From: Candidatus Nomurabacteria bacterium
GTDB taxonomy: Bacteria; Patescibacteriota; Minisyncoccia; Phycocordibacterales; UBA9973
DNA: 64,000 nt
Direction: 5' to 3'
Assembly: GCA_023267375.1 (NCBI GenBank)
Contig: JAHFNJ010000002.1
Coordinates: forward strand, 23,634 to 87,633
Numbering within the stretch: the stretch's first letter is position 1; every line of letters starts with the position of its first letter. The notes beneath the pieces are model-generated. The model did no database searches, was not told the origin of the DNA, and saw nothing but the letters and a program-made list of their open reading frames with translations. Below are positions 18,295 through 29,690 of this stretch, piece after piece. The translations under genes were made by a program, and so were the position numbers.

Positions 18295-19356
18295 ATGGAT
18301 CCAAAAAAAGAACTTGAAGAATTAATAGAGACCGTTATCCGCGAGGGCGGATCTGATTTACATATTTCAACGGGACGTTATCCCGCTATTCGTGTTTCAG
18401 GAGCACTCATTTTTCTGGTCAAACGGCAAATTTTTACCGGAGCTGATACTCTTGCGATTCTTAAAGAATTTCTCAATGATGAAAAGAAATTGAACCGGTT
18501 CCTTGATGAACAGGAAATTGATTTCTCATATGATCATAAGGGAGAAACTCGGCTTCGTGGCAATGCATATTTTCAAAAGGGTTTTATCAGTATTTCGCTT
18601 CGTCTCATCCCTAAAGTAAAGACGTTGTCAGAGTTGCGCTTACCGCAAGTGCTTGAAACATTTGCTCGCAAGAAACAAGGGTTCTTTCTTATTGTGGGGC
18701 CGGTTGGGCAGGGAAAATCAACTACTATGGCTGCAATGATCGACCTCATTAATGCCGAGCGTGCTGAGCGCATTATTACCATTGAAGATCCAGTTGAATA
18801 TTTATTTGAACCAAAACGTTCAATGGTAGATCAGCGTGAAGTTGGTATCGATACAAAAGATTTTAATAAAGCATTGAAATCGGTTTTCCGTGAGGATGTG
18901 AATGTTATCATGGTGGGTGAAATGCGAAGTCCAGACACTATTGCAACTGCTGTGACTGCCGCTGAAACGGGTCACTTTGTGCTTTCGACGCTCCACACGA
19001 ACAATGCATCACAAACAATCGATCGTATCATTGATGCGTTTCCTCCTGCACAACAAGATCAGATTCGTGCACAGCTTGCAGGGTCACTCTTAGGGATTTT
19101 CTCGCAGCGTCTTGTGCCACGTATTTCCGGAGGCCTCATACCTGCGTATGAACTCTTGATCAATAACAATGCCGTTTCAAACCTTATCCGTGAACGCCGA
19201 ACCCACGAGATTGATGTGGTTATTGAGACAGGATTTGAGCACGGTATGATTGATTTAAATAGAAGTCTTCTTGAGCTTGTTCGTATGGGGGAGATAACTA
19301 TCGAAAATGCCTATCTTACGTCACTTAATCCAAAAGCGTTGGAGCGACTTATCTAA
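18295..19356 (+). CDS. pilT: Twitching motility/retraction ATPase PilT
   Basis: It has a Walker A motif (GPVGQGKSTTMAAMID) and the PilT-type core AIRNLIRE-like ...NLIRERRTHEI. Confidence 0.9.
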   Translation: MDPKKELEELIETVIREGGSDLHISTGRYPAIRVSGALIFLVKRQIFTGADTLAILKEFLNDEKKLNRFLDEQEIDFSYDHKGETRLRGNAYFQKGFISISLRLIPKVKTLSELRLPQVLETFARKKQGFFLIVGPVGQGKSTTMAAMIDLINAERAERIITIEDPVEYLFEPKRSMVDQREVGIDTKDFNKALKSVFREDVNVIMVGEMRSPDTIATAVTAAETGHFVLSTLHTNNASQTIDRIIDAFPPAQQDQIRAQLAGSLLGIFSQRLVPRISGGLIPAYELLINNNAVSNLIRERRTHEIDVVIETGFEHGMIDLNRSLLELVRMGEITIENAYLTSLNPKALERLI

Positions 19357-19359
19357 ACT

Positions 19360-20565
19360 ATGAACTTTAAATACAAGGCACTTGCCGAGAATGGCGAAAA
19401 AAAAGAAGGAGTCATCGATGCCGCAAGCAAAGACTTAGCCATTTCGGCGTTGCAACGTCGCAATTATGTTGTTCTCTCAATGGAGGGAGATGAACCAAAG
19501 AAATCGCTTTTTAGTCGTTCGATATTTGAGAGTGTCCCACTGAAAGACGTTGTTATTCTTTCGCGTCAGATTGCCACGCTCTTTGAGGCGCAAGTATCAG
19601 CGCTCAAAGCGTTCACATTACTTTCATCAAATGCTGACAACCCATTACTTTCTCGAAAACTCTCGCAGGTTACCGATGATCTGCAGGCAGGTTTTTCTAT
19701 TTCGGGAGCACTCGCCAAACACCCAGATGTCTTTTCTGATTTCTACGTGAACATGGTAAAGGCCGGTGAAGAGTCAGGAAAACTGAATCAAACATTTGAG
19801 TATCTTGCAGATTATCTTGAACGCCAATATGAACTTACTTCAAAAACAAGAAATGCACTTATCTATCCAGCTTTTGTTGTATTTACTTTTATTGCGGTGA
19901 TGGTGCTTATGTTGACGATGGTGATCCCTAAACTTTCTCAGATTATTCTTGAGTCGGGACAGCAAGTGCCTATCTATACGACTATTGTCATCGGCATATC
20001 AGAATTTTTTGTTCATTACGGTATTTTTATTCTCATTCTTGTTATTATCGGCGGACTGTATCTTTGGCGTCTTTCTCGGGGGGAGCGTGGAAAAACATAT
20101 CTTGATACATTAAAACTCTCAGCTCCGATGTTTGGTCCACTTTTCTATAAACTCTACCTATCACGTATCGCTGACAACTTAGATACATTGCTCTCTGCGG
20201 GTATTTCGATTGTACGTTCGATTGAAATTACTGGTGATGTTGTAGGCAACAAAGTGTACGAAAATATTCTCAAAGAAACAGGGGAGATGGTGAAAGGCGG
20301 TAGTTCTCTTTCAGATGCGTTTGCCAAGCATCCAGAAATGCCCGGCATTATGGTACAGATGGTAAAAGTCGGCGAAGAGACCGGCGCGCTTGGTTCTATT
20401 TTGAAAACACTCGCACGTTTCTATAAACGTGAAGTGGATGGTGCTGTTGATACACTCGTTTCTTTGATTGAACCGCTCATGATTGTAGCGCTCGGTCTTG
20501 GTGTCGGCGTCCTTCTTGCTTCAGTGCTTGTGCCAATTTATAATCTTGCATCTTCAATTAGGTAG
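19360..20565 (+). CDS. pilC: Type IV pilus platform protein PilC (GspF family)
   Basis: It has two T2SS-F domains and three TM segments, and is 401 aa. Confidence 0.85.
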   Translation: MNFKYKALAENGEKKEGVIDAASKDLAISALQRRNYVVLSMEGDEPKKSLFSRSIFESVPLKDVVILSRQIATLFEAQVSALKAFTLLSSNADNPLLSRKLSQVTDDLQAGFSISGALAKHPDVFSDFYVNMVKAGEESGKLNQTFEYLADYLERQYELTSKTRNALIYPAFVVFTFIAVMVLMLTMVIPKLSQIILESGQQVPIYTTIVIGISEFFVHYGIFILILVIIGGLYLWRLSRGERGKTYLDTLKLSAPMFGPLFYKLYLSRIADNLDTLLSAGISIVRSIEITGDVVGNKVYENILKETGEMVKGGSSLSDAFAKHPEMPGIMVQMVKVGEETGALGSILKTLARFYKREVDGAVDTLVSLIEPLMIVALGLGVGVLLASVLVPIYNLASSIR

Positions 20566-20591
20566 TATTGAGAATTTAAGCATCTTCAATC

Positions 20592-20700
20592 GGAGCGAAC
20601 CTTGCAGATTTCAAAAGTCTTGGAAGCACTGGCGAGTGCGGACAGAGAGAATGTAAAGCTTTACATTCTCGTGCTTTTGAAATCTGCAAGGCGAGCGTAC
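20592..20700 (+). repeat. Structured element copy A, about 110 nt. It has an 18-bp outer stem enclosing two inner hairpins. It may be a small RNA or a terminator-like repeat.
   Basis: The outer arms are ccttgcagatttcaaaag (20600-20617) and cttttgaaatctgcaagg (20674-20691). One inner hairpin is gcac-tggcga-gtgc and the other is gagaatgtaaag/ctttacattctc. The element is preceded by ggagcgaacc. A second copy with covarying stems lies at 62127-62235. Confidence 0.5.
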
Positions 20701-20718
20701 TTTATACACACCCGCGCC

Positions 20719-20749
20719 TTGCGCGATGCTTGGCATGGGGTGGTATAAT
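20719..20749 (+). promoter_or_regulatory. Sigma70-like promoter upstream of the first pilin
   Basis: A -35-like TTGCGC is followed after 19 bp by an extended -10 TGgTATAAT at 20741-20749. A second -10-like gTAAAAT sits 5 nt before the pilin ATG. Confidence 0.35.
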
Positions 20750-20833
20750 GTATGCATTACAAGAATAGGTCGTTTTGGTTTGCGTCACCCTATCGACGCC
20801 AGCCAAAAAATTTACAAATTAGTAAAATTATTT

Positions 20834-21277
20834 ATGGTTAACAAATTTAAAAAAGGTTTTACCCTTATCGAATTGCTCGTTGTTATCGCTATCATCGGTA
20901 TTTTGGCAGCGATCATTATCGCAAACTTGGGTGGTGCTCGTAATGTTGCGAAGGACGGCGCAGTGAAGTCACAGCTTGCGAACATGCGCGCTCAGGCTGA
21001 GTTGTATGCGCAAGGCTATGGTAACGTATATTCTGATGGAGCAGTAAATAGTAGTAGTGACTGTGCTATTGCTGATAGTATGTTTGATTCAACACGAACT
21101 AATAGTGTTACCGCTCTTCTCGAGGGTATTGATGGTTCAGGTGGAGTTGCTACCTGTTTTGCGGGACCATCTGTGTGGGCTGTCTCCTCAACTCTTCCTT
21201 CAGGAGCAAATGCATGGTGTGTTGACTCTGCTGGACAATCAAAAGAGGGTACTGCTACTGCAACTGGTTGTAACTAG
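20834..21277 (+). CDS. Type IV major pilin, paralog 1
   Basis: It has the prepilin leader MVNKFKKG followed by FTLIELLVVIAIIGILAA (class III signal with Glu5). The ORF-track start at 20726 would give an implausible 36-aa leader. Confidence 0.8.
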   Translation: MVNKFKKGFTLIELLVVIAIIGILAAIIIANLGGARNVAKDGAVKSQLANMRAQAELYAQGYGNVYSDGAVNSSSDCAIADSMFDSTRTNSVTALLEGIDGSGGVATCFAGPSVWAVSSTLPSGANAWCVDSAGQSKEGTATATGCN

Positions 21278-21294
21278 TCGTTTAGGTATTTCAC

Positions 21295-21320
21295 AAAAAA
21301 GCCCTTCGGGGCTTTTTTGT
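21295..21320 (+). terminator. Rho-independent terminator
   Basis: AAAAAA-GCCC-TTCG-GGGC is followed by TTTTTTGTTTT. Confidence 0.65.
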
Positions 21321-21372
21321 TTTCCCCATGAATTTTAGGTTTTTTGGGGAATTGGGTGGTAAAATATGAAAT

Positions 21373-21810
21373 ATGTTGAAAAAAAATAAAGGTTTTACCC
21401 TTATCGAATTGCTCGTTGTTATCGCTATCATTGGTATTTTGGCAGCGGTAATTATCGCAAACTTAGGAGGCGCGCGTACTGCAGCTCGGGACGGCGCTGT
21501 GAAGGCCCAAATGGATAGCTTGCGCTCACAGATGGAATTGTACAATCTCTACAATGGCGGTTCCTACGGAACAGCTGCAAACTGTACAGTTGCTCCCTTT
21601 GTCGGGACTGCCAATAATGCTGCAGGCAATTTAATTTTGGGGATCAAGGATTCTGGGGTCACTGATTCTAATATATTCTGTGGAGCCAATGGAACAGCTT
21701 GGGCAGTCTCTGTCCACCTTCCTTCTGGTTCAGCAGGTGATTGGTGTGTTGATTCGAATGGTGCTTCTACTGCTGCTATCACTGCCAACGGAGGAACTGT
21801 CTGCCCATAA
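21373..21810 (+). CDS. Type IV major pilin, paralog 2
   Basis: It begins MLKKNKG|FTLIELLVVIAIIGILAAVIIANLGG. The C-terminus has a Cys pair (disulfide-bonded loop). Confidence 0.8.
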   Translation: MLKKNKGFTLIELLVVIAIIGILAAVIIANLGGARTAARDGAVKAQMDSLRSQMELYNLYNGGSYGTAANCTVAPFVGTANNAAGNLILGIKDSGVTDSNIFCGANGTAWAVSVHLPSGSAGDWCVDSNGASTAAITANGGTVCP

Positions 21811-21929
21811 AAAATACGTCTTGTGTATGAAAACAAAAAGCTGGAGCCATCCGGCTTTTTGTTTTCCCCATTCTCTGTCGAAGCGCCTTTCTGCTTAGTG
21901 GTCCTGATGATATAATAAAGCAAGCACGT

Positions 21930-22448
21930 ATGCATACTAGAAATAAAAAAGGGTTTACCCTCATTGAACTCCTCATCGTTATCGCTATCATCGGTATTTT
22001 GGCAGCGGTAATTTTGCCATCGCTTTCTGGTGCCCGAAGTAAAGCAAAAGATGCGGCGGTAGAATCGCAGCTCAAAGGCCTTACTACTGCCGCAGAACTA
22101 TTTGCGCAATCAAGCAGTAATAATGGTTACACAGTAACATCCAGATTTGGCAGTGGTAGTGGCTGTCAAAACAATACAACTATGTCGGGGAGTATGTTTG
22201 ATTCTACTCAGGTTGATAATGTCAGCACTATTATTACAGGAGTGGTGAGTGCTGGCGGGGTAGTCGAATGTCATGTATCAAGTGATGCTTGGGCGGTCGC
22301 TTCAAGTTTGCCTTCCGGTGGTTATTGGTGTGTTGATTCCCTTGGTATTTCACGCGGTTCAACAGCTGGCGGGACAACCTACACTGCGAAAAGTGGTTCT
22401 GCTACAGCAGCGTTTACTTCTTCATCTGCTGGTACTGCATGCAATTAA
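21930..22448 (+). CDS. Type IV major pilin, paralog 3
   Basis: It begins MHTRNKKG|FTLIELLIVIAIIGILAAVILP. An extended -10 TGaTATAAT ends 13 nt before the ATG. Confidence 0.8.
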   Translation: MHTRNKKGFTLIELLIVIAIIGILAAVILPSLSGARSKAKDAAVESQLKGLTTAAELFAQSSSNNGYTVTSRFGSGSGCQNNTTMSGSMFDSTQVDNVSTIITGVVSAGGVVECHVSSDAWAVASSLPSGGYWCVDSLGISRGSTAGGTTYTAKSGSATAAFTSSSAGTACN

Positions 22449-22474
22449 TAGTGCGATTGTAATCTCATATATCT

Positions 22475-23296
22475 ATGCTCATTTTTTTCATCATCATCTT
22501 TGTATACGGACTGCTCGTCGGATCATTCTTGAACGTCGTTATTTTCCGTTTGAACACTGGACGAAGTGTAGTTTCAGGGCGTTCGATGTGTCTTTCGTGT
22601 AGTAAAACACTTTCTTGGTATGAGCTTGTTCCATTGTTTAGTTTTCTTTTTTTGGGTGGACGGTGTCGTGGATGCAAGAGTAAGATTTCTGTACAGTATC
22701 CAATTGTTGAAGGTTTAACTGCTCTCTTTTTTATTCTCCTTTTCTTTCGTTATGGCTGGCTGTTGTTTGCGGGGCAGTCGCTCCTCTTTTTCGGTCTGAT
22801 GGGTTACCTTGTTCTTTCTTTTGCAATTCTCTTGATTATTGTTGTTTATGACTTCAAGCATAAAATTATTCCGGACTCACTTGTGTATGCATTCATATCG
22901 CTGTCTGTCTTCTCATATTTTTTTCATACGGGAGCTGCTCACTTATTCTCAGCAGGAACAGCCATGCATCTTTTAGCAGGAGTTGTCGCTTTCCTGCCGT
23001 TTGCGGCACTATGGTTCTTTTCGAGAGGACGGGCAATGGGTTTTGGTGATGCGAAATTGGCGCTTGGTATGGGATTTTTCTTGGGATTATCCCGTGTTGT
23101 CGCTGCGCTCGCGTTTTCCTTCTGGATCGGAGCAGTAGTGAGTTTAGCGCTGCTCGGATTTCAGAAGCTTTCAGTAAAGAAGAAGCATTTGACGCTCAAA
23201 AGCGAAATTCCTTTTGCTCCATTTTTGATCGCCGGTTTCTTTATTATCTATTTCTGCAATATTGATTTGTCAGTCATGGCTTCATGGTTTCAATAA
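22475..23296 (+). CDS. pilD: Prepilin peptidase PilD (A24 family)
   Basis: It has the N-terminal Cys tetrad CLSC...CRGC, the Asp-box GFGDAKL and multiple TM helices. Confidence 0.85.
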   Translation: MLIFFIIIFVYGLLVGSFLNVVIFRLNTGRSVVSGRSMCLSCSKTLSWYELVPLFSFLFLGGRCRGCKSKISVQYPIVEGLTALFFILLFFRYGWLLFAGQSLLFFGLMGYLVLSFAILLIIVVYDFKHKIIPDSLVYAFISLSVFSYFFHTGAAHLFSAGTAMHLLAGVVAFLPFAALWFFSRGRAMGFGDAKLALGMGFFLGLSRVVAALAFSFWIGAVVSLALLGFQKLSVKKKHLTLKSEIPFAPFLIAGFFIIYFCNIDLSVMASWFQ

Positions 23297-23300
23297 GAAG

Positions 23301-24098
23301 ATGCACAAAATTTTTTTACAAAACAAAAATATAACTACTTCTTGTCGCCCTGACCGGGAATCCAGCGTCCCTTTGGACGTGACGAAGCGTCAGAAGCGAA
23401 TTCGATCTTTTTTGAGGCAACGCTCCGCGTTCTCAAAAAAATCGAATTCGGGCTTCACCTTCGTCGAACTTATTATGGTTATTGCCATTTTTGGAATTCT
23501 CTCTTCAGTAGTACTTTTTAATTATGGTAATTTTACAAGCACTATCACACTTCAAAATCTCACACATGACATTGCTCTTCAGGTAAATCAAGCACAAAAG
23601 ACTGCTATTTCAGGTTTAGGAAATCGAATTACTGGATTTACGGGGGGCTACAAACCAACCTATGGAGTGTATTTTGAAAAAGGGGGAATGTCTCTAAATT
23701 TAAGAAGTGGGCAGAGTGGGGCGAAAGAATTTATTTATTTTACTGATAGTTTACAAGGAGAAGCTAATGGTGTTTATGATCATGGAAACTATTGCCCGGC
23801 TCCCTCAGCAACTGAATGTCTTGATGAAATTAATATTCAAACAGGGGATTCTATTGATCGACTCTGTGTGAATGTTGTTGCGCAGCTCGGAGCTTTTCCT
23901 GTCAAATGTGATCTTGATGATCTAAGTGTTACTTTTACTCGACCGTTTCCTGACGCGATTATTAAAATAAACTCTGATCCTACTACGTCTGAAGCTGATG
24001 CTGAAATTGTGGTGAAGTCGATTAAAGGTGATAAGAAGACGATTGTTGTAACAAAGTTAGGTCAGGTATATATTGAAGATAAGGATATTACGCCGTAA
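23301..24098 (+). CDS. Minor pilin/pseudopilin
   Basis: Its prepilin-type N-terminus is SNSG|FTFVELIMVIAIFGIL. The start is uncertain. The ATG at 23301 gives a 54-aa leader, and an in-frame TTG at 23412 would give a typical 15-aa leader. Confidence 0.55.
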   Translation: MHKIFLQNKNITTSCRPDRESSVPLDVTKRQKRIRSFLRQRSAFSKKSNSGFTFVELIMVIAIFGILSSVVLFNYGNFTSTITLQNLTHDIALQVNQAQKTAISGLGNRITGFTGGYKPTYGVYFEKGGMSLNLRSGQSGAKEFIYFTDSLQGEANGVYDHGNYCPAPSATECLDEINIQTGDSIDRLCVNVVAQLGAFPVKCDLDDLSVTFTRPFPDAIIKINSDPTTSEADAEIVVKSIKGDKKTIVVTKLGQVYIEDKDITP

Positions 24099-24104
24099 TA
24101 GAAA

Positions 24105-24728
24105 ATGCAGCAAAAAAAACAACAGTCGAATAAAGGGTTTACGCTTGTTGAGGTAATGATCGCTACTGCGATATTTGTTGTGATTATGGTTATGGGGATC
24201 GGGGCTGTTCTTGCAGCGAATTCTTCACACAAAGAGACACAATCTCTGCACACAATTGTAGATAATCTTAGTTTTGCAATGGAAGATATGTCTCGCAATT
24301 TACGTTTGGGTTATTCGTATCATTGTCAGTACGAAAGCTTGCCTGTGCCAATTGAAGAACCTCTTGATTGTGCATTAGGCGAAGGGGCGCTATCTCTCGC
24401 TTTCGAAAAACAGGGTGGCGATAGTGAAAACCCTCTAGATCAGGTTGTGTACCGTATAAATTCTTCTGATATAAAAAATGTATATATAGATAAATCAACC
24501 GATAGCGGGAATACTTTTTATCCTATTACCCCAAATATTTTGGGCGACGCTTCTATGGAAATTGACCCAATTCATTCTGGTTTTGTTGTTCTAGGAGCAG
24601 ATCCTGAAGATAAGATACAGCCAATGGTTGCTATTCGACTTAAAGGTAGTATTTCTATTCGAGGTACGGTAACGCCGTTTAATCTTGAGACAGTCGTCAG
24701 TCAACGAGCGATCGATTCGGGGATATAA
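24105..24728 (+). CDS. Minor pilin/pseudopilin
   Basis: It begins MQQKKQQSNKG|FTLVEVMIATAIFVVIM. Confidence 0.6.
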   Translation: MQQKKQQSNKGFTLVEVMIATAIFVVIMVMGIGAVLAANSSHKETQSLHTIVDNLSFAMEDMSRNLRLGYSYHCQYESLPVPIEEPLDCALGEGALSLAFEKQGGDSENPLDQVVYRINSSDIKNVYIDKSTDSGNTFYPITPNILGDASMEIDPIHSGFVVLGADPEDKIQPMVAIRLKGSISIRGTVTPFNLETVVSQRAIDSGI

Positions 24729-24755
24729 TACATGAGTTCATAAGAACATATAAAA

Positions 24756-25376
24756 ATGAGAAAAAAACTTTCAACTTTCAACTTTCAACTTAGGGCTCGC
24801 CCCGCCAAGGGACGGGGCGGTTTTACTCTCGTTGAGGTGCTTGTCTCCATCTCTATATTTATGGTAGCTATTGTTTCTATGGTTGTTGTTTCAGCACAAT
24901 CTATTACGAATTCTGGCCATGCAAAGAACCAGCTTACTGCTTCGTATCTTGCTCAGGAAGGGATTGAAATTGTTCGCAATGCTCGTGATAATGCAGTGAA
25001 TGTAAGTCCAACCGGGTGGAATGATTTTCTAAATGATTCAAATAATGTTGTCGTAAAGTGTGAAGGCCCTTATGGTTGTGAAATTGATCCGCTGGAAGTA
25101 TTTTTCCACGGGATAACAGATAATAATGCAGTTACTACGTGCACAGCTCTCTGTAACAATCGGCTGCTCTATAATGATACAGCGAGTTTTTATACCTACG
25201 CTACAAGCGGTAATCCGACCACGACTTTGTTTACTCGTACCGTTCATGTAGACACTTCTCGTGATACAACACGAGAAATACAAATTACTACCACTGTCTC
25301 ATGGCAAGAAGGTTCAACGACACAGCATGTTTCAATGACAGAAGACTTGTTCAACTGGCGTCTAGCCCCACAATGA
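24756..25376 (+). CDS. Minor pilin/pseudopilin (PilV/PilW-like)
   Basis: It reads ...AKGRGG|FTLVEVLVSISIFMVAIV. Confidence 0.6.
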   Translation: MRKKLSTFNFQLRARPAKGRGGFTLVEVLVSISIFMVAIVSMVVVSAQSITNSGHAKNQLTASYLAQEGIEIVRNARDNAVNVSPTGWNDFLNDSNNVVVKCEGPYGCEIDPLEVFFHGITDNNAVTTCTALCNNRLLYNDTASFYTYATSGNPTTTLFTRTVHVDTSRDTTREIQITTTVSWQEGSTTQHVSMTEDLFNWRLAPQ

Positions 25377-25385
25377 TAATTATTT

Positions 25386-25877
25386 ATGGATATTTTATTT
25401 AAAAAAAATACAAAAGGAGGGTTTGTGGTTCTCTTTACAGTACTTCTAACAAGTATTATTTTAGCGATTGTTGTTGGTGCATCAGGAATTGCATACAAAG
25501 AAGTAGTGCTTGCTTCTGCCGCAAAAGATTCAAGTGTTGCATTTTTTGCTGCTGATACCGGTCTTGAGTGCGCACTTCATTGGGATGTGTTGCAGACGAG
25601 CGTGTTTGATGGAGGGGGCATTATTATGTGTGACAGTAACGATGCTGATAGCCCTATTCCCATAAGCGTGAGTTATATTGGTAAGGTTTCAAATTTCCAA
25701 CTTTCTCTAGATAATAATCAGACATGTGCTAGCGTGACTGTCGAAAAAGAGGTAATCGGAGATAGTGGTAATTCTGAGACTCATATTACTTCACTCGGAT
25801 ACAACGTTCCCTGTACTGAGATTGGTACAAGTAATCGAGTAGTTGAGCGTGCTGTGGGTGTTATCTATGAAAATTAG
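25386..25877 (+). CDS. PilX-like minor pilin (no Glu5)
   Basis: It reads KGG|FVVLFTVLLTSIILAIVV and lacks the E5 residue, as in PilX N-terminal domain proteins. Confidence 0.45.
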   Translation: MDILFKKNTKGGFVVLFTVLLTSIILAIVVGASGIAYKEVVLASAAKDSSVAFFAADTGLECALHWDVLQTSVFDGGGIIMCDSNDADSPIPISVSYIGKVSNFQLSLDNNQTCASVTVEKEVIGDSGNSETHITSLGYNVPCTEIGTSNRVVERAVGVIYEN

Positions 25878-25900
25878 TCTTTCTTTATAAAACTCCATAA

Positions 25901-27961
<2,061 letters not shown>

Positions 27962-27976
27962 TGCTATTGTAGCCAT

Positions 27977-28255
27977 ATGACGATTGACGATGTGAATAAA
28001 TTGGCAACTTTGGCGCGGATTGATATGTCTGATGCCGAAAAACAGGAATTCCTTGGTAACATGGAGTCTATTTTGAAATATATCGGCCAAATACAGGAAG
28101 TTTCCACGGAAGTGCTAGAACGAAAGGTAGGGGATGTATATAATGTATTGCGTGAAGATGAAAATCCTACTGAGTCTGGAAAATATACCGAGAAAATCTT
28201 GGCTGAAGCGCCGGAAACGCAGGATGGATATTTTAAAGTTAAACAAATACTGTAA
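27977..28255 (+). CDS. gatC: Asp/Glu-tRNA amidotransferase subunit C
   Basis: It is 92 aa and reads LATLARIDMSDAEKQEF....IGQIQEV. Its stop overlaps the gatA start. Confidence 0.8.
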   Translation: MTIDDVNKLATLARIDMSDAEKQEFLGNMESILKYIGQIQEVSTEVLERKVGDVYNVLREDENPTESGKYTEKILAEAPETQDGYFKVKQIL

Positions 28256-29667
28256 TGATTGATTTGAAAACACTCACAATTGAAAAAGCGCACCAGGCTC
28301 TAAAGAGTGGTGAGTATTCATGCCGCGATCTTGCGCAGGCGTATCTGGATGTGATCAAAGAAAAAAATCAGGATATCAATGCGTATATTGAAATTTTTGA
28401 TGATGCACTTTTGCAAGCGGATAAGGCTCAAGAGAAATTTACTAATGGCACCGCTACGTTGTTGACGGGTATTCCGTTTGCAATGAAAGACAATATTTTA
28501 ATAGAAGGGAAGAAAGCAAGTAACGGTTCAAAATATTTAGAAAAGTACACCGCGGTATATGATTCAACGGTAACAAAAATATTAAAAAAAGAAGGCGCAG
28601 TATTTATCGGCCGAACTAATATGGACGATGCAGCGATGGGTTCCTCGACGCAGACTTCATATTACGGTCCGACAAAAAATCCTTGTGATACAGAACGGGT
28701 ACCTGGTGGATCTTCTGGTGGGTCAGCTGCGGCTGTTGCGGCCGATATGGCACTTGTGGCACTGGGATCGGAGACATGTGGTTCAATCCGGGAGCCTGCA
28801 GCTTTTTGTGGATTAGTTGGCTTGAAGCCTACCTATGGGGCCGTTTCTCGTCATGGTCTTATTGCTATGGGAAATTCTTTGGATCAGATTGCTCCGATTA
28901 CAAAAAACGTTCGTGATGCGGAACTCATTTTTGAAACTATTGCACAGTATGATCCAGCAGATTCAACTTCTAGACCTCAAGAAAAGCGTGTTATCAAAAA
29001 AGGCAATGCAAAACGTATTGGCATCCCATGGCATTTATTTGAAGAAGGAGTTGATCCGTTTGTACTCGATAATTTTAAACAATCAGTAGAGAAATTAAAG
29101 AGTGCCGGATACGATATTGTTGATATTGGTTTACCGTTTTCAAAGTATTCTCTGGCTGTGTATTACATTATTATGCCGGCTGAGGTTTCAACAAACCTTT
29201 CCCGATTCGATGGTATTCGTTACGGGTATTCTGACCAAAATGCGACAAATCTTTTGGAAGTTTATAAACGTTCACGCGGTATAGGTTTCGGGAAGGAGGT
29301 GCGTCGTCGTGTGCTTTTGGGCACATACATCCTTTCACATGGCTACTATGATGCATACTACAATAAAGCGATTCAGGTGCGTGAAAAAATTACACAAGAG
29401 TTAACAAAAGCATTTGAAACAGTAGACTTAATCGCAACACCAACAGCTCCTACACCGGCGTTTAAATTAGGAGAAAAAATGAACGATCCAGTCGCTATGT
29501 ATCTTATGGATATTTTTTCTGCACCGGCGAATCTTTCTGGTGTGCCATCTATTGCTGTTCCTTCAGGTACAACAGCAACTGGGCTACCGCTTTCAATCCA
29601 GTTCATGGCTCCACACTTTGCAGAGGCTACACTCTTTGAGATTGGTAAAAAATTTGAGACAATATAG
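28255..29667 (+). CDS. gatA: Asp/Glu-tRNA amidotransferase subunit A (amidase)
   Basis: It carries the amidase signature GGSSGGSAAAVAA and the catalytic Ser-cisSer-Lys context, and is 470 aa. Confidence 0.9.
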   Translation: MIDLKTLTIEKAHQALKSGEYSCRDLAQAYLDVIKEKNQDINAYIEIFDDALLQADKAQEKFTNGTATLLTGIPFAMKDNILIEGKKASNGSKYLEKYTAVYDSTVTKILKKEGAVFIGRTNMDDAAMGSSTQTSYYGPTKNPCDTERVPGGSSGGSAAAVAADMALVALGSETCGSIREPAAFCGLVGLKPTYGAVSRHGLIAMGNSLDQIAPITKNVRDAELIFETIAQYDPADSTSRPQEKRVIKKGNAKRIGIPWHLFEEGVDPFVLDNFKQSVEKLKSAGYDIVDIGLPFSKYSLAVYYIIMPAEVSTNLSRFDGIRYGYSDQNATNLLEVYKRSRGIGFGKEVRRRVLLGTYILSHGYYDAYYNKAIQVREKITQELTKAFETVDLIATPTAPTPAFKLGEKMNDPVAMYLMDIFSAPANLSGVPSIAVPSGTTATGLPLSIQFMAPHFAEATLFEIGKKFETI

Positions 29668-29690
29668 GAAAGTCTACGACTTTAGCCCCT

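Noticed and set aside
20626-20660. CUGANGAG-like sequence (ctggcgagtgc / ctgacgagtcg) inside the structured repeats, reminiscent of a hammerhead ribozyme core
   Set aside because: Copy A has G rather than A at the critical position. No properly placed GAAA plus stem III/cleavage triplet could be built in either copy. The conserved loop is better explained as a simple hairpin loop (TGRCGA).
20726-20833. Long N-terminal extension of the first pilin (ORF-track start at 20726)
   Set aside because: It would put a 36-aa leader before the G|FTLIELL cleavage site and would be translated through the promoter-like TGgTATAAT. The ATG at 20834 gives a canonical 7-aa prepilin leader.
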